Assembly (NCBI RefSeq): GCF_002243425.1
Contig: NZ_CP021172.1
Location: 150,001 to 182,000, forward strand
Reading direction: 5' to 3'
Length of the DNA stretch: 32,000 nt
DNA from: Candidatus Saccharimonadota bacterium
GTDB taxonomy: Bacteria; Bacteroidota; Bacteroidia; Flavobacteriales; Blattabacteriaceae
A program made the position numbers and the translations under genes. The notes beneath the pieces were generated by a model. It was not told the origin of the DNA. It ran no database searches and saw nothing but the letters and a program-made list of their open reading frames with translations. Below are positions 1 through 10,488 of this stretch, piece by piece. How positions within the stretch are numbered: position 1 is the first letter of the stretch; every line of letters begins with the position of its first letter.

Positions 1-390
1 TCACAATCTATTATTTTTGTTTTAAACAAACTAGGAATTAAATATATAGTGGCTTCAAGAAACCAATATACAAAATATTGTATATTTTATTCAGATATTT
101 CTATTAATATAATTAATAATTATAACACAATTATTAATTGTACGCCATTAGGAACATATCCAAATCTTAATATTTGTCCTAATATACCTTATATGAAGAT
201 TTCAAATCAATATTATCTATATGATTTAGTTTATAATCCTAAAGAAACTTTATTTCTGAAAATAGGAAAAAAAAAAGGATCCATTATTAATAATGGAATT
301 AATATGCTTTATTTACAAGCAAATATTTCTTGTAAAATATGGTATAAAATATTTTATTCATCAATTTATGAAAGAATATTACATATATAA
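1..390 (+). CDS. aroE: Shikimate 5-dehydrogenase, C-terminal part (5' end lies upstream of the window)
   Basis: Frame 1 is open from nt 1 to TAA 388-390, so the track ORF 49..390 is only the in-window remainder. The translation ...LYDLVYNPKETLFLKIGKKKGSIINNGINMLYLQA... matches the conserved AroE C-terminal block (YDxxYxPxxTxFLxxAxxxGxxxxxGxxMLxxQA). Confidence 0.6.
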   Translation, partial: SQSIIFVLNKLGIKYIVASRNQYTKYCIFYSDISINIINNYNTIINCTPLGTYPNLNICPNIPYMKISNQYYLYDLVYNPKETLFLKIGKKKGSIINNGINMLYLQANISCKIWYKIFYSSIYERILHI

Positions 391-1337
391 TATATTAATT
401 CATATAACCCTTCTTTAGAAAAAGAAGATATGAATATATATTTTTCAAATTTTGGTAATTCTTTTATTATTTCATATTTTAATTCTTGATCTAAAAGATC
501 AGATTTAGAAATTACTAACAAACGTTTTTTTTTTAAAATTTTTTTATCAAAAAAATTTAATTCATTTATAATTATATTATAATTTTTTTTATAATAAATA
601 ACTTCTGCAGAAATAATTAAAAAAATTATTTTATTACGTTGAATATGTTTAAGAAATTCAAATCCTAACCCTTTACCTTTTGAAGCACCTTTTATTATTC
701 CAGGAATATCTGCTATTACAATTTTTTTAAAATTTTTATAATTAAGAACTCCAATATTAGGATTTAATGTAGTAAATGGATAATTATCGATTTTTGGTTT
801 AGATGATGTAATCATAGATATTAAAGTGGATTTTCCGGAATTTGGTAATCCAATTAACCCGACATCAGCTAAAAGTTTTAATTCTAAAACAAAAATCAAT
901 TCTTTTCCAGATTCACCTTTTTCAGAAAAAAAAGGAGTTTTACATAAAGAATTTTTAAAATGACAATTTCCCTTTCCTCCTTTTCCTCCAAACAATAATA
1001 TTTTTTCTTCATTATTATTTAGTATTTCAATAATTATATTATTATATATATCTTTAACAATACTACCTATTGGTACTTCTATTATAGAATCTTTTCCATT
1101 AGAACCAGTTATTCTATTTCTACCACCATTTTTACCATTTTCAGCTATAATATGTTTTTTATATTTTAAATGAGAAATTGTAAATAATTTATTATTTCCT
1201 CTAATTAGAAGATTTCCTCCTTTTCCTCCATCTCCTCCATCCGGACCAAATTTTTCTTTTCTAAAATGTATTATTCCAGCCCCACCATCACCACTTTTAC
1301 AATAAAGTTTTATAAAATCTGTAAATTTATTTAACAT
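366..1337 (-). CDS. obg: GTPase Obg/CgtA
   Basis: It has the glycine-rich Obg fold (KSGDGGAG, GGDGGKGG, GGKGGKGN) and GTPase motifs: G1 GLPNSGKST, G3 DIPG, G4 SKSD. I place the start at ATG 1337 (MLNKFTDFIKLY...). The track's 10-codon extension to 1367 would overlap the lpdA 3' end. Confidence 0.9.
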   Translation of the reverse strand: MLNKFTDFIKLYCKSGDGGAGIIHFRKEKFGPDGGDGGKGGNLLIRGNNKLFTISHLKYKKHIIAENGKNGGRNRITGSNGKDSIIEVPIGSIVKDIYNNIIIEILNNNEEKILLFGGKGGKGNCHFKNSLCKTPFFSEKGESGKELIFVLELKLLADVGLIGLPNSGKSTLISMITSSKPKIDNYPFTTLNPNIGVLNYKNFKKIVIADIPGIIKGASKGKGLGFEFLKHIQRNKIIFLIISAEVIYYKKNYNIIINELNFFDKKILKKKRLLVISKSDLLDQELKYEIIKELPKFEKYIFISSFSKEGLYELIYYICNILS

Positions 1338-1338
1338 G

Positions 1339-2742
1339 TTAAATATGAATACATTTATTATAAGCATTAGTTATTGCTTCAACAATAGATTCACTAATTG
1401 TAGGATGTGGATGAATACATTTAAAAAATTCAAATGACGTTGTTTCTAATTGACGAGCTACTCCAATTTCAGAAATTAGTTCTGTCACTCCAGAACCTAT
1501 CATATGACATCCTAACAATTCTCCAGAATTATCATCAATAATAACTTTAATAAATCCATCTGTACTATCATTTAGTTTTGCTTTACCTAAAGCAGTAAAT
1601 GGAAATTTACCTATTTTTAATTTATATCCTTTATTGATAGCTTCTTTTTCAGAAAAACCTAAATATGAAATTTCAGGATTAGAATAAATACACATAGGAA
1701 CATTATTATAATCTAATGGGGGGGGGGTTAATCCAGTAATTTTTTCTACACAAATTATTCCTTCATAAGAAGCAACATGAGCTAAAGATATACTAGGGAT
1801 TACATCTCCTATAGCATAATATCCTTTTACATTTGTTGAATAATATTTATCTACACAAATATGTTTAGTACTATTTAAAGTAATTCCTATTTCTTCTAAC
1901 CCTAAATTTTCAGTATTTGGACAAATACCAATAGCAGAAATAATAATATCTACATATAGTATTTTATTAATATTTTTGTTAGTTTTTATAATAACTTTTG
2001 TGCATTTAATATAATCTAAATATTCAATACTTTTAATTATTGAAGATTTTAATATTATTATTCCATATTTTTTAAACGAATTTTCCAATTGTATAGAAAT
2101 ATCTATATCTGAAAATGGTAAAACATAAGGCCTTTTTTCTATTATAAATATTTTAGATCCTATACTATTATAAAAATAAGCAAATTCTAAACCAATAGCT
2201 CCAGATCCTATAATTAATATATTTTTAGGTATATATTTTAATAACATTGCTTCACGATAACCAATGATGGTTGATAATTTATTTTTTTTTACTGTATTCA
2301 AAATTTGATATTTAGCTCCTGTGGCAATAATTATATTTAAAGCATTATATTTTTTTTTATTCCCATATTTATCTATAACATAAACTATTTTGTTTTTACA
2401 AATTTTAGCTTCACCATATAAGATTTTTATCTTATTTTTTTTCATTAAAAATAAAACTCCTTTATTCATACTATCTGATAGATAACGACTACGTAAAATG
2501 ATTTTTTTAAAATCTAATTTTAGATTATTAGTAATCATTCCATATTTTGAAGCTTTTTTAAAACTATTAAAAATAGTTGCACTTTTTAATAATGATTTTG
2601 TAGGTATACACCCCCAATTAAGACATACACCTCCAAGATTTTCTTTTTCTACAATAGCAATTTTTAATCCTAATTGTGCTGCACGTATTGCAGCTACATA
2701 ACCTCCAGGACCACTTCCAATTATAATTAAGTCAAAATACAT
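1339..2742 (-). CDS. lpdA: Dihydrolipoyl dehydrogenase (E3 component of 2-oxoacid dehydrogenase complexes)
   Basis: FAD-binding GSGPGGY, redox-active disulfide GGVCLNWGCIPTK, and the C-terminal HPHPTISE interface motif; 467 aa. Confidence 0.92.
   Translation of the reverse strand: MYFDLIIIGSGPGGYVAAIRAAQLGLKIAIVEKENLGGVCLNWGCIPTKSLLKSATIFNSFKKASKYGMITNNLKLDFKKIILRSRYLSDSMNKGVLFLMKKNKIKILYGEAKICKNKIVYVIDKYGNKKKYNALNIIIATGAKYQILNTVKKNKLSTIIGYREAMLLKYIPKNILIIGSGAIGLEFAYFYNSIGSKIFIIEKRPYVLPFSDIDISIQLENSFKKYGIIILKSSIIKSIEYLDYIKCTKVIIKTNKNINKILYVDIIISAIGICPNTENLGLEEIGITLNSTKHICVDKYYSTNVKGYYAIGDVIPSISLAHVASYEGIICVEKITGLTPPPLDYNNVPMCIYSNPEISYLGFSEKEAINKGYKLKIGKFPFTALGKAKLNDSTDGFIKVIIDDNSGELLGCHMIGSGVTELISEIGVARQLETTSFEFFKCIHPHPTISESIVEAITNAYNKCIHI
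1718..1727. repeat. G10 (C10 on the coding strand) homopolymer inside lpdA
   Basis: I counted ten consecutive G directly. On the minus strand they read ACC CCC CCC CCA, the TPPP of ...GLTPPPLDY.... Confidence 0.95.
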
Positions 2743-2762
2743 AAAGAATTATTAGTTATTAG

Positions 2763-2849
2763 TACTCACGACTGGATTTGAACCAGCAAATCTTAATAAA
2801 AGATACTACCACCTCAAGATAGCGTGTATACCAATTTCACCACGTGAGT
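2763..2849 (-). tRNA. tRNA-Leu (anticodon GAG), class II with a long variable arm
   Basis: Hand-folded on the minus strand. Acceptor ACTCACG/CGTGAGT with discriminator A. Anticodon stem CTATC/GGTAG with loop TTGAGGT. Variable-arm stem ATCTT/AAGAT. T arm GCTGG-TTCAAAT-CCAGT. No CCA is encoded. Confidence 0.85.
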
Positions 2850-2859
2850 ATTTAAAAAT

Positions 2860-3237
2860 CTAAACTTTTGTTATATTTTTTAATTTTTTTATTCTATTTT
2901 TCCACCACATTTTAGATTTTTTTATTTCAGATTTGATAGCAAAATCTGTTATTTTAAGATAAACATTTTTTGTTAGATTATTTTTTTTAATAAAAAATTC
3001 AAAATAATATTTGTTATCAACATCTTGTTCCCATTTGTATCTTACATATTGATATGGTTTTTTTTTTATTAAAAAACATGTTTCATCATAATTATACCAA
3101 GTAAAAATATATCTATTTCCAATAGAAATAACATTGTCAGCAAACCATTCAGACAATTTTACAGGTGCAGTTATATAATTATATAATAATTCTGTTGAAG
3201 AATTCATTAAAAATGAATTTTTTTTTTTGTTTCGCAT
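2860..3237 (-). CDS. START-like / SRPBCC-superfamily protein of unknown function (flavobacterial conserved hypothetical)
   Basis: 125 aa. The segment ...ELLYNYITAPVKLSEWFADNV...YYFEF...ITDFA...KMWWKNRIKKLK resembles, from memory, the small flavobacterial 'START-like domain-containing protein' family (LYxYISTPSGLSEWFADNV ... YFEF ... ITDFA). No search was run. Confidence 0.55.
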   Translation of the reverse strand: MRNKKKNSFLMNSSTELLYNYITAPVKLSEWFADNVISIGNRYIFTWYNYDETCFLIKKKPYQYVRYKWEQDVDNKYYFEFFIKKNNLTKNVYLKITDFAIKSEIKKSKMWWKNRIKKLKNITKV

Positions 3238-3275
3238 GTTAAATTTTATTAATTTATTTATAATATATATACGTT

Positions 3276-3352
3276 GGTGTGATAGCTTATTTGGTTAGAG
3301 CGTCGGATTCATAACCCGAAGAATTGAGGTTCAATCCCTCTTCACACTACCA
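3276..3352 (+). tRNA. tRNA-Met (anticodon CAU); the anticodon and T arms resemble initiator tRNA-fMet; 3' CCA encoded
   Basis: Acceptor GGTGTGA/TCACACT (G1-U72 wobble), discriminator A, then CCA. D arm GCTT-ATTTGGTTA-GAGC. Anticodon arm TCGGA-TTCATAA-CCCGA. The stretch GTCGGATTCATAACCCGAAG is close to E. coli tRNA-fMet GUCGGGCUCAUAACCCGAAG. T loop TTCAATC. Confidence 0.85.
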
Positions 3353-3378
3353 TAGTAGTGGATTAAAATATATGATCT

Positions 3379-6087
3379 ATGGATAGATATTCTTTCCTAA
3401 ACACAATCAATCACCAACAAATAGAAATTTTATATAAAAAATACTTAGAAGATCCAGATTCAATAGAACATAGTTGGCGTGCTTTTTTTCAAGGATTTGA
3501 TTTCTATAAAGAAAAATATAATTACTTTTGTAAGTTTATAAAAAAATCAATAGATACTTTTAAAGAAATTAATGTTTTAAAATTAATTAATTTTTATAAA
3601 AAAGAAGGTCATTTATTTGCTAAAATAAATCCTATATCTGAAAAAAGATATTATCCGACATTAAATATAAACAATTTTTTTCTTGAGAAAGAGGATCTTG
3701 ATCAGATTTTTGTTTCTTCAAAAGAAATAGGATTGCCTCCATCTACTCTTAGAGAGATAATTTTTTTTTTAAAAAAAAAATATTGTGAATCAATTGGATT
3801 AGAATATATGTATTTATATAACCCAGAACAAATAAATTGGATTAATAACTGGATTAATAATAATAATATATTATATAATAATGAGAAATTTAAAATATTA
3901 ATAAATATAAATCAAGCAACAAAGTTTGAAAAATTTATTCATACTAAATTTGTTGGACAAAAAAGATTTTCAATAGAAGGTAATGAATCTATTTTACCAG
4001 CGATAAATTATATAATAGAATATTCTTCGATTAATTATTCTATCAAAGATTTTGTTATAGGTATGTCACATAGAGGACGTTTAAATATATTATGTAATAT
4101 ACTAAAAAAAAATTGTAAAAAAATTTTTAGTGAATTTTTTGGAAAAGAATATATTGAAAAAAAATTTTTAGGAGATGTTAAATATCATTTAGGAGATAAC
4201 ATTTATATAAAAAATAAAATAGGAAGAGAAATTCATATTATGAATGTTCCTAATTCATCTCATTTAGAATCTGTATATCCTATTGTAGAAGGAATTGTTC
4301 GTGCTAAAATTGATAATGATTATAATTGTAACTTGAATAAAGTTATTCCCATACTTATACATGGAGATGCAGCTTTTTCTGCTCAAGGAATAGTATATGA
4401 AGTTATACAAATGTCATTACTTGAAGGGTATAAGACTGGTGGAACTATACATATTATAGTAAATAATCAAATTGGATTTACTACAAATTGCTCAGATTCT
4501 CGTTCAAGTATTTATTGTACAGATTTAGCTAAAGTTATTCTTTCTCCAGTTATACATGTTAATTCAGATGATGTAGAATCAGTTATTTATTCTATTCGTT
4601 TTGCTATAGATTTTCGTATGTCATATAATCAAGATGTATTTGTAGATTTATTAGGTTATAGAAAATATGGACATAATGAAGGAGATGACCCCCGTTTTAC
4701 TCAATCAAATTTTTATAAAATTATTGATAATAATAAAAATATATATTTTATATATAAAAACAAACTTAAAAAAAATAAATTAATTTATAAAAATAAAATT
4801 AAATTTTATGAAAAAAAATATAAAAATTATCTCAATAATGGATTGATTAAATCTAAATTTGAAATAAAAACTAAGTTAGATAATTTTCTCATTTCTAAAG
4901 AAGAATTAAATTCTGCTAATTATAAAGTATTAATTAATGAAGTGAAAACTACTTTTAAGAAAAATATATTATTAAAAATAGGTAATAAAATTTATAATGT
5001 TCCTAAGAATAAAAAAATTTATAATAAAACTGTCAAATTTTTAAAAATAAAAAAAAAAAAACTTTTAAAAAAAGAAACTGTAGATTGGGGTATAGCTGAA
5101 TTACTTGCATATGGGTCTTTATTATATGAAGGTTATAATATTAGATTATCTGGAGAAGATGTAGAAAGAGGAACTTTTGCTCATAGACATATTGTCATTA
5201 TTTCAGAATTTGAAGAAAAGATATATTTATTAAATAATATCCGTAATGGACAAGGTCAATTATATGTTTATAATTCTTTATTATCAGAATATGGAGTTTT
5301 AGGTTTTGAATATGGATATTCAATGTTTAATACAAATACTTTAACATTATGGGAAGCTCAATTTGGTGATTTTAGTAATAATGCTCAAATTATAATAGAT
5401 CAATATTTATCTTCTGCAGAAACTAAATGGAAAATAAAAAATGGGATAGTTCTACTTTTACCTCATGGTGATGAAGGTCAAGGATCAGAACATTCTTCTT
5501 CAAGAATTGAAAGATATTTACAATTATGTGCAAACTATAACATGTTTATATGTAATTGTAGTACTCCATCAAATTTTTATCATCTTTTAAGAAGACAAAT
5601 AAAATTTTATTTTATAAAACCATTAATAATATTTACACCAAAAAGTTTATTGAGAAACATTCAATGTATTTCATTATTAAGTGAACTTTATAATGGAAAA
5701 TTTGAAGAATTTATAGATGATAAATATGTAATTAAAAATTATGTAGATACATTAGTATTTTGCTCTGGAAAAATTTATTATGATATTTTTAAAAAAAGAA
5801 AAATTCTTAATAAAAAAAATCTTGCAATTATAAGAATTGAACAATTATATCCAATAATAAATAATTTATTTGAAAAAATACTTATACAGTATACAAACAA
5901 AAGAAAAATTATTTGGGTACAAGAAGAACCAGAAAATATGGGAGTATGGCCTTATTTGTTTAGAAAATATAGTAAAATTCCATGGATCCTGATATCCCCC
6001 CCTGACAATTCAGCACCTTCTATTGGAAGAAATAATTTTTTTTTAAAAAACTATTTAAAATTAATAAATAAAGTTTTTAATACATAA
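3379..6087 (+). CDS. sucA: 2-oxoglutarate dehydrogenase E1 component
   Basis: 902 aa. The N-terminus [36 protein letters not shown] is typical of SucA. It also has the ThDP-region [10 protein letters not shown] and the [23 protein letters not shown] motif. Confidence 0.92.
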   Translation: MDRYSFLNTINHQQIEILYKKYLEDPDSIEHSWRAFFQGFDFYKEKYNYFCKFIKKSIDTFKEINVLKLINFYKKEGHLFAKINPISEKRYYPTLNINNFFLEKEDLDQIFVSSKEIGLPPSTLREIIFFLKKKYCESIGLEYMYLYNPEQINWINNWINNNNILYNNEKFKILININQATKFEKFIHTKFVGQKRFSIEGNESILPAINYIIEYSSINYSIKDFVIGMSHRGRLNILCNILKKNCKKIFSEFFGKEYIEKKFLGDVKYHLGDNIYIKNKIGREIHIMNVPNSSHLESVYPIVEGIVRAKIDNDYNCNLNKVIPILIHGDAAFSAQGIVYEVIQMSLLEGYKTGGTIHIIVNNQIGFTTNCSDSRSSIYCTDLAKVILSPVIHVNSDDVESVIYSIRFAIDFRMSYNQDVFVDLLGYRKYGHNEGDDPRFTQSNFYKIIDNNKNIYFIYKNKLKKNKLIYKNKIKFYEKKYKNYLNNGLIKSKFEIKTKLDNFLISKEELNSANYKVLINEVKTTFKKNILLKIGNKIYNVPKNKKIYNKTVKFLKIKKKKLLKKETVDWGIAELLAYGSLLYEGYNIRLSGEDVERGTFAHRHIVIISEFEEKIYLLNNIRNGQGQLYVYNSLLSEYGVLGFEYGYSMFNTNTLTLWEAQFGDFSNNAQIIIDQYLSSAETKWKIKNGIVLLLPHGDEGQGSEHSSSRIERYLQLCANYNMFICNCSTPSNFYHLLRRQIKFYFIKPLIIFTPKSLLRNIQCISLLSELYNGKFEEFIDDKYVIKNYVDTLVFCSGKIYYDIFKKRKILNKKNLAIIRIEQLYPIINNLFEKILIQYTNKRKIIWVQEEPENMGVWPYLFRKYSKIPWILISPPDNSAPSIGRNNFFLKNYLKLINKVFNT

Positions 6088-6091
6088 ATTA

Positions 6092-7195
6092 ATGTTATTA
6101 GAAATAACAATTCCTTCTCCAGGAGAATCAATAACAGAAGTTGAAATCTCATCTTGGTTAGTTAAAGATGGTGATTTTGTAAAAAAAAATCAAGTAATTG
6201 CAGAAATAGATTCAGATAAGGCAACTTTAGAAATACGTGCAGAAGAAAGTGGAATTTTAATTATAAAAGCTAAAAAAGGAGACATTTTAAAAGTAGGAGA
6301 AATCTTCTGTTTAATAGATACTTCTTTTAAGAAAGAACCAAAACAGAAGATTTCTCCATCAGCAAAAAAAATATTAAGTCAATATAAAATAGATAATAAA
6401 ATACCCCAAAAAAAACATGATGCTATTAAAGCAATTCCTCCTATGGGAACTAAAAGTTTAATTAATAGATCTTTTAACGTAAAAATATTATCTAAACTTA
6501 GACGTAAATTATCAGAAAGACTTGTTTCAGTAAAAAATGAAACAGCTATGCTGACTACTTTTAATGAAGTAGATATGAGTAATATTTTGTTTTTAAAAAA
6601 AAAATATAAAGATGTTTTTAAAGAAAAACATGGAGTTAATTTAGGGTTTATGCCTTTTTTTGTAAAATCTTGTATCAAGGCGTTAAAAGAATATCCTAAT
6701 CTTAATTCTATGATAGATAGGGAAAATCAAATTCATTTTAATTATTATGATGTAAGTATTGCAGTTTCTGGACCTAAAGGATTAATGGTGCCAGTTATTA
6801 GAAATGCAGATACTCTTTCTTTTAGAGGTATAGAAAAAACTATAAAAGATTTATCTAATCGTATAAAAAATTCAACCATATCTATAGATGATATGACTGG
6901 AGGTACTTTTACAATAACAAATGGGGGAATTTTTGGTTCTATGTTATCTACTCCTATAATAAATCCGCCCCAAAGTGCTATATTAGGTATGCATAATATA
7001 GTAGAAAGACCGGTAGTCATTTTAGGAAAAATCGAAATTAGACCAATTATGTATTTAGCATTATCTTATGATCATAGAATCATAGATGGTAAAGAAGCAG
7101 TGGGTTTTTTATTTTCAATAAAGAAATCAATAGAAAATCCTATAACTACTTTAATAGGTTCAGAAAACGAATTAAATAATTATTTTGAATTATAG
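6092..7195 (+). CDS. sucB: Dihydrolipoyllysine-residue succinyltransferase (E2 of the 2-oxoglutarate dehydrogenase complex)
   Basis: Lipoyl domain with [11 protein letters not shown], a short subunit-binding remnant ([15 protein letters not shown]), and a catalytic domain with [12 protein letters not shown]. It starts 4 nt after sucA. Confidence 0.9.
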   Translation: MLLEITIPSPGESITEVEISSWLVKDGDFVKKNQVIAEIDSDKATLEIRAEESGILIIKAKKGDILKVGEIFCLIDTSFKKEPKQKISPSAKKILSQYKIDNKIPQKKHDAIKAIPPMGTKSLINRSFNVKILSKLRRKLSERLVSVKNETAMLTTFNEVDMSNILFLKKKYKDVFKEKHGVNLGFMPFFVKSCIKALKEYPNLNSMIDRENQIHFNYYDVSIAVSGPKGLMVPVIRNADTLSFRGIEKTIKDLSNRIKNSTISIDDMTGGTFTITNGGIFGSMLSTPIINPPQSAILGMHNIVERPVVILGKIEIRPIMYLALSYDHRIIDGKEAVGFLFSIKKSIENPITTLIGSENELNNYFEL

Positions 7196-7230
7196 AATTA
7201 CAAATTAAATAGTTTTATATTCTTAAAAAA

Positions 7231-7258
7231 TTAAATATAATCAATTCATTATATTTAA
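7231..7258. terminator. Possible bidirectional hairpin between convergent sucB and smpB
   Basis: A perfect 11-bp inverted repeat, ttaaatataat (7231-7241) and attatatttaa (7248-7258), with a 6-nt loop. The stem is all A/T, so it is weak and may occur by chance in this composition. Confidence 0.2.
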
Positions 7259-7329
7259 ATATAGTTGCATTTTTATTTATAATTCTGCATATTATAACTA
7301 CCTCATTGTATGAAATAAGTATATTAACT

Positions 7330-7779
7330 TCAATACTTTTTAATTAAAAAATCTTTTTTTTCTCTTTCAGAGTCTTTATTTTTTATTGATTGACGTTTAT
7401 CATAATTTTTTTTACTTTTAGCTAAAAAAAAAATTAATTTTATATATCCTCTCTCATTTAGAAAAATATTAGTAGGAATTATATTTAATTTTAATTCATT
7501 TATTTTATTATAAATAAAATTAATTTCTTTTCTTTTAAGAAGAAGTTTTTTAACCCTTTTAGGATTTATTCCAAGTAAATCATTTGATATATACATATCA
7601 AAAACATAAATATTATTTTTTATTAGTTTACAATAACTATTGTTTAAAGAAACGTTATTATTTTTTATTGATTTTACCTCACTTCCTAATAATTCTATAC
7701 CAGCTATAAATTTATATTTATTTATTAATTCATAGTCAAAATATGCTCTTCTATTATTAAGATTTAATTTCTTTACCAA
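7330..7779 (-). CDS. smpB: SsrA-binding protein SmpB
   Basis: 149 aa; NRRAYFDYELINKY...GIELLGSEVKSIK... is the canonical SmpB N-terminal signature. Confidence 0.9.
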   Translation of the reverse strand: MVKKLNLNNRRAYFDYELINKYKFIAGIELLGSEVKSIKNNNVSLNNSYCKLIKNNIYVFDMYISNDLLGINPKRVKKLLLKRKEINFIYNKINELKLNIIPTNIFLNERGYIKLIFFLAKSKKNYDKRQSIKNKDSEREKKDFLIKKY

Positions 7780-7822
7780 AATTTTGTTTTTAGTTACAAT
7801 GATGTTTTTATAATCAATTGAT

Positions 7823-8128
7823 ATGACTTTTTTTAAAAAAAAATATATTTATGAAATAATATCTGTATTAAAAGATATACATGATCCAGAAATATCAGTA
7901 AATATCTATGAATTAGGTTTTATATATGATATAAGAATATCAAATAATTTTTTTATAAAAATAATAATGACTCTTACTACCCCTAATTGTCCTGTAGCTG
8001 AAATTTTACCTTTAAAAGTAAAAAATAAAATTTTTAATATTAAAAATGTTAAAAATGTAGAAATAATACTTACATTTTATCCTAATTGGACGTATGATAT
8101 GATAAGTGAAGTAGCTCGTTTAGAATAA
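7823..8128 (+). CDS. DUF59 (MIP18/SufT-like) Fe-S cluster assembly-associated protein
   Basis: 101 aa. ...VLKDIHDPEISVNIYELGFIYDI...MTLTTPNCPVAE... matches the DUF59 pattern (V.DPE..vniv.LGliy.v...mTLT.p.CP...). Confidence 0.7.
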   Translation: MTFFKKKYIYEIISVLKDIHDPEISVNIYELGFIYDIRISNNFFIKIIMTLTTPNCPVAEILPLKVKNKIFNIKNVKNVEIILTFYPNWTYDMISEVARLE

Positions 8129-8167
8129 ATTTTGTTTTTATAAATAATTATATTATATTATAATATA

Positions 8168-8623
8168 ATGTTTAATTTAAACACTATGATATCTAAGTCT
8201 AAGGAAATAAAGGTAAAGGGATTAGTTAAAAAAATATTTGATGTTCAATATTTAAAAAATGGATTTAAAAAAAGAGAAATACTTCTATTAACAGAAGAGC
8301 AATATCCACAAAAATTAATAATTGAATTTATTCAAGAAAAAGTTAAATTATTAGATCCTATAGGAATAGGAGATAGAATAAAAGTTTTTCTAAATTTAAA
8401 AGGTAGAAAATGGATTTCCTCTAATGGAACAGAAAAATATTTTAATTCTACTCAAGGCTGGAAAATAGAAAAAAAAAGAAAACTTAAATCTTCAAATATA
8501 AGTGAATATGAATTTGAAGAAAAACCCTCAAGTCTAAATGAATTTGAAAAATCAGATAAAAAAAAAGTAAAGTATTCAAATATAAATGAATTAAATAATG
8601 AATTAGAAGATTTTCCTTTTTAA
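8168..8623 (+). CDS. DUF3127-like OB-fold protein with an SSB-type acidic C-terminal tail (...EDFPF)
   Basis: The N-terminal ~95 aa (KVKGLVKKIFDVQ...KKREILLLTEEQYPQKLIIEF...KVFLNLKGRKW...YFNSTQGWKIE) resemble the Bacteroidetes DUF3127 family as I recall it. A K/E/N/S-rich linker follows, ending in NNELEDFPF. The start may be ATG 8186 (MISKSKEIKV...) instead of 8168. Confidence 0.55.
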   Translation: MFNLNTMISKSKEIKVKGLVKKIFDVQYLKNGFKKREILLLTEEQYPQKLIIEFIQEKVKLLDPIGIGDRIKVFLNLKGRKWISSNGTEKYFNSTQGWKIEKKRKLKSSNISEYEFEEKPSSLNEFEKSDKKKVKYSNINELNNELEDFPF

Positions 8624-8847
8624 GAAAAGTAGATTTAAAATCGAAAATTAAGATACTTGAAGTAGATTTAAAATCTAAAATATAATTTAAAATAAAATAG
8701 AATCTAAATTTAAGAATAAAAGGTAAGTAAAAGTCAAGCCAAGCATTTAAAATCAATACAGGTGCCTAAAGCAAAATAAAGCAAAGGAAAGTAAAATAAA
8801 ACAAATAAAAGCTACTAAATTAAACATATAGGTTTTATGTTAAAAAT

Positions 8848-10488
<1,641 letters not shown>

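Noticed and set aside
1338-1367. A 10-codon N-terminal extension of obg (MLIINVFIFN).
   Set aside because: It would overlap the lpdA 3' end. The conserved Obg N-terminus (M..FvD...) starts at ATG 1337, directly after the lpdA stop.
6301-6352. A perfect 12-bp inverted repeat inside sucB: aatcttctgttt (6301-6312) and aaacagaagatt (6341-6352), with a 28-nt loop.
   Set aside because: A rough estimate for this base composition and window size predicts a few such 12-bp inverted repeats by chance. It lies within coding sequence at the lipoyl-domain/linker boundary and has no obvious regulatory context.
8484-8756. A 90-aa minus-strand ORF overlapping the 3' end of the DUF3127 gene and the spacer.
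   Set aside because: It is a low-complexity F/L/I/Y translation of a T-rich strand. It overlaps a better-supported gene and has no motifs or sensible start context.
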